Source: a virus (taxonomy: Duplodnaviria > Heunggongvirae > Uroviricota > Caudoviricetes). Taken from it: 13,310 nt of DNA. Where the stretch lies: the IMG/VR virus record IMGVR_UViG_2537561622_000007; one strand, 5' to 3'. Of this stretch, positions 7,788-13,310 are shown in pieces. Within the stretch, counting starts at the first letter, position 1; each line of letters starts with the position of its first letter. Under the pieces are notes generated by a model. That model made no database searches, was not told the DNA's origin, and worked only from the letters and a program-made list of their open reading frames with translations. Position numbers and translations under genes: made by a program.

Positions 7788-8636
7788 ATGGCTGATTCGA
7801 ATCTCAATGTGCCGGTAATCATCCAAGCTACGCGGCTCGATACATCAGTCCTTCCACGCAATATCTTCTCGCAGTCGTATCTGCTTTACGTTATCGCACA
7901 GGGCACTGATGTTGGTAACGTGGCTAACAAAGCCAACGAGGCCGGACAGGGCGCTTATGATGCACAGGTCAGGAACGATGAGCAGGATGTGATTCTCGCT
8001 GACCATGAGCAGCGAATTTCTGCTGCGGAAGCAACGCTTGTTAATCATGAGGAGCGAATCAGACAGGCAGAATCAACTCTTCAGGACCATGAAACACGAA
8101 TAGCTCAGAATGAAAGCGATATTTCGTCGCTTGACACAAGAGTTCAGTCGCTGGAGTCGCAGGTTTCAGACCATGAAACGCGCATCGATGCTCTGGAGTA
8201 TGCAACCACACGCAAGAAGTCAGAGGTTGTTTACTCTGGTGTATCTGTAACCATCCCGACAGCGCCGACCAACCTTGTTAGCCTGCTGAAAACGCTCACA
8301 CCGTCATCCGGCTCGTTGGCACCATTCTTCGACACCGTTAACAACAAGATGGTTGTGTTCAACGAGAACAAAACCCTGCTCTTCAAGTTGTCGATTGTCG
8401 GCACGTGGCCCAGCGGAACCGCCAACAGGTCAATGCAGCTAACCTTTTCCGGCTCTGTTCCTGACACACTGGTCAGCAGTCGTAATGCGGCGACAACAAC
8501 CGACAACATCCTGTTAGCTACGTTCTTCAGCGTGGATAAAGACGGCTTTCTTGCCACAAATGGCAGTACGTTAACCATTCAGTCGAATGGTGCGGCGTTT
8601 ACTGCCACAACCATCAAGATAATCGCGGAGCAGTGA
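7788..8636 (+). CDS. P22 gp26-like tail needle with C-terminal extension (282 aa)
   Basis: N-terminus [43 protein letters not shown]...[18 protein letters not shown] closely matches the recalled P22 gp26 N-terminus; heptad-like HE.RI repeats follow, then a ~130-aa Ser/Thr-rich C-terminal region, as in Sf6-type needles. AAGGA precedes the ATG. Confidence 0.75.
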   Translation: MADSNLNVPVIIQATRLDTSVLPRNIFSQSYLLYVIAQGTDVGNVANKANEAGQGAYDAQVRNDEQDVILADHEQRISAAEATLVNHEERIRQAESTLQDHETRIAQNESDISSLDTRVQSLESQVSDHETRIDALEYATTRKKSEVVYSGVSVTIPTAPTNLVSLLKTLTPSSGSLAPFFDTVNNKMVVFNENKTLLFKLSIVGTWPSGTANRSMQLTFSGSVPDTLVSSRNAATTTDNILLATFFSVDKDGFLATNGSTLTIQSNGAAFTATTIKIIAEQ

Positions 8637-9091
8637 TGATTACATTCAAACCAACGCGAAACATCGACCTGATAGAAGCAGTCGGAAATCACCCTGACAT
8701 TATCGCCGGGAGCAACAACGGTGATGGATACGACTACAAACCTGAATGCCGTTACTTTGAGGTGAACGTGCACGGTCAGTTTGGCGGCATTGTTTACTAT
8801 CAGGAGATTCAGCCGCTGACATTAGATTGCCACGCCATGTACCTGCCAGAGATTCGCGGCTTCAGCAAGGAAATTGGGCTGGCGTTCTGGCGATACATTC
8901 TGACTAACACCACCGTTCAGTGCGTAACATCGTTCGCTGCACGCAAATTCCGACACGGTCAGATGTACTGCGCAATGATTGGCCTTAAGCGTGTAGGAAC
9001 CATCAAGAAATACTTCAAAGGCGTGGATGACGTGACTTTTTACAGCGCCACACGCGAAGAACTAATCGACTTCCTGAATCACGGGAGATAG
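8636..9091 (+). CDS. P22 gene 14-position protein (about 151 aa)
   Basis: Assigned by synteny (after the needle, before the ejection proteins). GTG 8633 / ATG 8636 overlaps the needle stop (GTGATGA). No family recognised from sequence. Confidence 0.4.
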   Translation: MITFKPTRNIDLIEAVGNHPDIIAGSNNGDGYDYKPECRYFEVNVHGQFGGIVYYQEIQPLTLDCHAMYLPEIRGFSKEIGLAFWRYILTNTTVQCVTSFAARKFRHGQMYCAMIGLKRVGTIKKYFKGVDDVTFYSATREELIDFLNHGR

Positions 9092-9093
9092 CC

Positions 9094-9786
9094 ATGTTAT
9101 ATGCATTTAAGCTGGGCAGAAAACTGCGCGGCGAGGAACCTTATTGCCCTGAAAAAGGCGGGAAAGGTGGCAGTTCTGATAAAAGCGCAAAGTATGCAGC
9201 AGAAGCCCAGAAGTATGCTGCAGACCTGCAAAATCAGCAGTGGCAGACGATCATGAAAAACCTTGCTCCGTTCACGCCTCTTGCGGAGCAGTATGTTAAC
9301 CAGCTTCAGAACCTTTCCAGTTTAGAAGGTCAGGGGCAGGCACTTAATCAGTATTACAACTCTAAGCAGTATAAAGACCTTGCAGGGCAGGCGCGTTACC
9401 AGAGTCTTGCTGCTGCGGAGGCGACGGGTGGACTTGGTTCGACAGCCACAAGCAATCAACTGGCTACGATCGCGCCGACACTCGGTCAGTCTTGGTTATC
9501 AAATCAGATGAGCAATTACAACAATCTGGCAAACGTTGGGCTTGGTGCGCTGCAAGGTCAGGCAAACGCCGGGCAGACGTACGCCAACAACATGAGCAGC
9601 ATTGCACAGCAAAGCGCAGCTCTTGCCGCTGCTAATGCCAATAAACCATCAAGTCTTCAGACTGCAATTAGCGGTGGCACGTCTGGTGCGATTGCCGGTG
9701 CAGGTCTTGCCAGCCTTTTGGGAACATCAACGCCTTGGGGCGCTGGTATTGGTGCTGGTATCGGATTGCTTGGCTCGTTGTTTTAA
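9094..9786 (+). CDS. Ejection protein, P22 gp7-like (230 aa)
   Basis: Size and position match P22 gp7 (229 aa). Gln/Ala-rich with a Gly/Ala-rich hydrophobic C-terminus (GAGIGAGIGLLGSLF). GGGAGA precedes the ATG. Confidence 0.55.
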   Translation: MLYAFKLGRKLRGEEPYCPEKGGKGGSSDKSAKYAAEAQKYAADLQNQQWQTIMKNLAPFTPLAEQYVNQLQNLSSLEGQGQALNQYYNSKQYKDLAGQARYQSLAAAEATGGLGSTATSNQLATIAPTLGQSWLSNQMSNYNNLANVGLGALQGQANAGQTYANNMSSIAQQSAALAAANANKPSSLQTAISGGTSGAIAGAGLASLLGTSTPWGAGIGAGIGLLGSLF

Positions 9787-9795
9787 GGGGGAATC

Positions 9796-11127
9796 ATGGC
9801 TACTTGGCAAGGAACAAACGGCGGATTGTTGGCTGGTATCGGCGGCGTCAACTCAAACGCTCCGAGCGTAAATGACATCGGCAATACGCTTCAGCTTATC
9901 AGGCAGAACAATGATATTGAGCGTTCAGGCGCTAACAATGTTGGGCTGACTGCTTTGCAAGGTCTTTCAGGTATTGCGGGTGTTTTTCAGCAGGAAAAGC
10001 AGGCTCAGCGGCAGAAAGAATTTCAGCAGGCGTACGCTAATGCTTATGCGTCTGGTGATCGCGGTGCTTTGCGTCAGTTGGCTACTCAATATCCAGACCA
10101 GATTGAATCCGTTCGTAAAGGCATGGGATTCATTGATGAAGAGCAGCGTAATTCTATCGGCACCTTAGCGGCTGGCGCACGCCTTGCGTCATCGTCTCCA
10201 GAAGCAATGCAATCATGGCTGCAAAACAACGCCGGTGAGTTAGCTCGTGTTGGCGTTAATCCTCATGACGTCGCTCAGATGTACCAACAGAACCCGCGGC
10301 AGTTCGGCGAATTTGTCGATCACCTGGGGATGAACAGTCTCGGGCCCGAAAAATACTTTGACCTACAGGATAAAATGCAGGGTCGCCAGGTTACCATGCG
10401 CGGTCAGGATCTGGATTCGCAAACCGCCGCTCGGAATCAGGCAATCACAATGCGCGGACAAGATATCCAGGCGAATTTAGGTCAGCAGCGCATTAATCTG
10501 GACGCAGAAACAAACCGCATTAACAACGAAAATAAGCGCCTTGACCGGATGCTATCAGCAGAAACTAACGACCTGAAGCGCCAGGAAATACAGAGCCGCA
10601 TAGCAGCCAACAACCAGCAGTTGCAGCAGAAGCAGCAAGCGCTAAATGATGGCTACAAAGACGGCATCAACACCCTCACAACCAGCATGTTCACTCTGAA
10701 CGATATCGTTAGTTCTCCTTCACTTAAGAGCATTACAGGCTTACGTGGAGTAATCCCCAACGTTCCAGGCTCACAGGCTGCAGACACTCAGGCACGACTT
10801 GATACCTTTAAATCACAAGCATACCTGACAGCGGTTCAGGCCATGCGAGGCATGGGCGCACTTTCTGATGCCGAGGGCAAAAAGCTCGACCAGGCTGTTG
10901 GTTCGCTGCAGAACTCGCAGAGCGAGGAGTCCTTTCGTCGCAACGCTGGCGTCATCCTGAACACGCTCAACCAGAAGCGTAATGAGGCGGTTGGTAAGTA
11001 CGTTCAGCAAAACGGTATCAAGCGAGTGGAAGCGCCTCAGGCTTCTATAGATTACCTGAAGCAGCACCCCGAGCTGTCAATCGACTTCATTAATCGCTAC
11101 GGATATCTTCCATCTTTGGGGCAGTAA
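9796..11127 (+). CDS. Ejection protein, P22 gp20-like (443 aa)
   Basis: Position and size in the gp7-gp20-gp16 order. Gln/Asn-rich, with a strong RBS (AGGGGG). Confidence 0.5.
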   Translation: MATWQGTNGGLLAGIGGVNSNAPSVNDIGNTLQLIRQNNDIERSGANNVGLTALQGLSGIAGVFQQEKQAQRQKEFQQAYANAYASGDRGALRQLATQYPDQIESVRKGMGFIDEEQRNSIGTLAAGARLASSSPEAMQSWLQNNAGELARVGVNPHDVAQMYQQNPRQFGEFVDHLGMNSLGPEKYFDLQDKMQGRQVTMRGQDLDSQTAARNQAITMRGQDIQANLGQQRINLDAETNRINNENKRLDRMLSAETNDLKRQEIQSRIAANNQQLQQKQQALNDGYKDGINTLTTSMFTLNDIVSSPSLKSITGLRGVIPNVPGSQAADTQARLDTFKSQAYLTAVQAMRGMGALSDAEGKKLDQAVGSLQNSQSEESFRRNAGVILNTLNQKRNEAVGKYVQQNGIKRVEAPQASIDYLKQHPELSIDFINRYGYLPSLGQ

Positions 11128-12858
11128 ATGGCTAATTACCGTGATTTGTTAGAGCAGGCTGGCGCACGTTACGGTGTGCCAGAAGGGTTGATGACTGCAC
11201 TGGGTGCCAAGGAGTCTTCTTACAACCCTGCCGCAGTAAGCTCCGCCGGGGCTGTAGGATTGACTCAGGTCATGCCTGGGACATGGCGTGATATGGGTTA
11301 TACCGATGAGCAAATGCAAAACCCCGAATATCAGGCTGACGCTGGCGCGCGCTATCTGGCAAAGATGTACCAGCAGTTTGGTAACTGGCGTGACGCTCTT
11401 CAGGCTTATCACGACGGTCCCGGCAACGTTATGAAGGCAAAGCGTGGTGAATATACGCCAGGACCTGAAGGCCGCGGTTACGTTGATGATCGCTTTGCTC
11501 AATGGGCTGGTGACCCGGTGACAGACTCAACAGTCGAACAGCGCGCCACCTCTGCAAAGGTACATCCTCAGCAAGACCCTAACAACCCGTTTGCACAACT
11601 GGAAGTACAGTCATCCGAACAAGTATCGGCATCAGGTGTGCAGTCAGACCCAAATAATCCATTTGCTCAGATTGAGCAGCAGGCAGCCAGTCAGCAGCCA
11701 CCTCAACCCGTAAGTTCTGTCGCACCGAAACCTGTTCAGCAACAAACAGTTAATCAGGCCAATAATGCACCAACACGGGAAGAACCATCATTGATGCAAC
11801 AAGCTGGCGATTGGCTCACTGGTGGTCAAAGTGCAGGGCAAATTGCAGAACAGGCTGGTCGTGGTCTGGTAAACATACCATTTGACGTATTGCAGGGTGG
11901 CGCAAGTCTGATTAATGCAATCAGTCAGGGGCTTGGGGGGCCAAAAGTATTGGATGATGTTTATCGTCCAGTAGACAGACCGACAGACCCCTACGCGCAA
12001 GCTGGAGAGTCAATAGGCGGTTATCTTGTTCCTGGAGCAGGTGTAGCTGGAAACATGGTCATTGGTTCTCTCGCTGACGCGGCGAATCAACGGGGTGATT
12101 TTGCCGAAAATGCCGCTATTAATGCCGGACTTAGCATTGCTACGCATGGCCTGATAAATGGCGTTACCCGTGGTGTTCGTGGTGCATCAAATATAATTAG
12201 TGGCAATAAAACATCTGCACAGAGAGCGACCACTGCGCCAACAGAAACATCACCATTCTCCGGTGATGCCGCTGCAGCAACAAATCCTGCGGTTCATGCC
12301 GCAGAGGCAAGAGTAGCACAAGGTGTACCAATGACGCCTGCGACGAAGAACCCAGAGGAAGTCGTTCGCACAGTAGCAGCACAAAAAAGGCCAAATCTCG
12401 CTTCATCGCTTGATGAACTAGATATCAATCCTCAGGCTGAAGTTCTGGAGTCTGCTGAAAGGCTTAATGTTGATTCATTACTCCCTTCACACTTTTCCGG
12501 GAACGAGCAATACAAGGCAGTTGAGCAAGCAATCAAGTCCCGTGCGGGTTCTGCTCTACAGGTGCAGGAAAATGAAGCAATCAGGCAGCTAGCACAGGGC
12601 GCGGGTGAGATAATTGATCGCGTTTCCGGTGCAAAAGATGCTCTTGGTATGAGCGACAAGTTTATTGATACGGTCAATGGAAGAATGTCTGCGCTGATGA
12701 AACGAAGCGACCAGCTTTATCGCAATGTTGAAAAGGCGATGCCTGCAGGTGCAAAAATTGATGCGCCATCAACAAGGTCAATGCTCAAACAGGTGGCAGA
12801 AGATCTTGGCGGGATGAAAAACCTTGACCCTATTGAAAAGAGAGTTGAGGTAGCCTGA
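11128..12858 (+). pseudogene. Ejection/internal virion protein (gp16-position) with N-terminal lytic-transglycosylase motif; 3' end truncated by IS600
   Basis: N-terminus carries an SLT-like signature ([30 protein letters not shown]). The ORF runs into the IS600 inverted repeat at 12846 and stops at TGA 12856-12858, which is inside the IS, so the native C-terminus is missing. Confidence 0.55.
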
Positions 12859-12929
12859 GTTTAACGGACACTCCCTCCTGAAATAGAATGGCATCAGAAG
12901 GAGCTAATAATGAGCAGAAAAACCCAACG
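12846..12929 (+). mobile_element. IS600 fragment (first 84 bp, including the OrfA start), interrupted by IS629
   Basis: 12846-12929 matches 1762-1845 of the complete IS600 except one base, then diverges where IS629 begins. Confidence 0.8.
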
Positions 12930-13310
12930 TGAACCGCCCCGGGAATCCTGGAGACTAAACTTCCTGAGAAAGAGGTAAACAGGATGACTAAAAATACTCG
13001 TTTTTCCCCCGAAGTCCGTCAACGGGCAGTCCGTATGGTTCTGGAAAGTCAGGGCGAATATGACTCACAATGGGCGACAATTTGTTCCATTGCCCCAAAG
13101 ATTGGCTGTACGCCGGAGACTCTGCGTGTCTGGGGTCGCCAGCATGAGCGGGATACCGGGGGCGGTGATGGAGGGCTCACCACCGCTGAACGTCAGCGTC
13201 TGAAAGAGCTGGAGCGTGAAAATCGTGAACTGCGCCGCAGTAACGATATCCTTCGCCAGGCTTCCGCTTATTTTGCGAAGGCGGAGTTCGACCGCCTCTG
13301 GAAAAAATGA
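12930..13310 (+). mobile_element. IS629-like element (IS3 family), left end only; runs off the window
   Basis: Left end TGAACCGCCCCGGGAATCCTGGAGACTAAACTTCCTGAGAAAGAGGTAAACAGG, then OrfA, matching recalled IS629/IS1203. Confidence 0.8.
12984..13310 (+). CDS. IS629 OrfA (108 aa)
   Basis: [50 protein letters not shown]...; complete, stop at 13308-13310. Confidence 0.8.
   Translation: MTKNTRFSPEVRQRAVRMVLESQGEYDSQWATICSIAPKIGCTPETLRVWGRQHERDTGGGDGGLTTAERQRLKELERENRELRRSNDILRQASAYFAKAEFDRLWKK

Noticed and set aside
8231-8773. Minus-strand ORFs antisense to the tail needle and gp14-like genes (8231..8578, 8579..8773)
   Set aside because: Antisense to well-supported virion genes, low-complexity, no RBS.
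12197-12677. Minus-strand ORFs inside the ejection protein gene (12197..12406, 12432..12677), also 11149..11502 and 11788..12000
   Set aside because: Antisense to a long plus-strand CDS with a recognisable motif; no support.

Overview
This 13.3-kb window reads as a mosaic, IS-riddled prophage region of Shigella/E. coli type. Every protein and element identification rests on reading the sequence and recalling family features; no database search was run. Left to right: (1) a lambdoid nin/Q late-regulatory block (DUF1367-like gene, ybcO-like gene, Q-like gene, candidate late promoter and terminator), with both the ybcO-like and Q-like frames broken by single-base shifts; (2) a complete IS600 with a 3-bp CAG target duplication, splitting an ORF6N-domain gene; (3) a terminator and four tRNA genes (anticodons CAU, UCU, UGU, UCC); (4) a 534-aa tyrosine recombinase; (5) the most unusual feature: three tandem ~121-bp repeats, each carrying a consensus T7 RNA polymerase promoter, firing into a gene-free AT-rich region with 47-bp iteron-like repeats; (6) IS911 on the minus strand with no matching target duplication, so it marks a rearrangement junction; (7) a P22/Sf6-like virion block (tail needle with C-terminal extension, gp14-like, three ejection-protein-like genes), the last truncated by an IS600 fragment that is itself interrupted by IS629. 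No lysis, head, RNA polymerase or toxin genes are present. The integrase plus T7-promoter array plus origin-like region is the candidate undescribed system: either an integrative element wired to respond to a T7-like phage, or a relic of a temperate T7-like phage.
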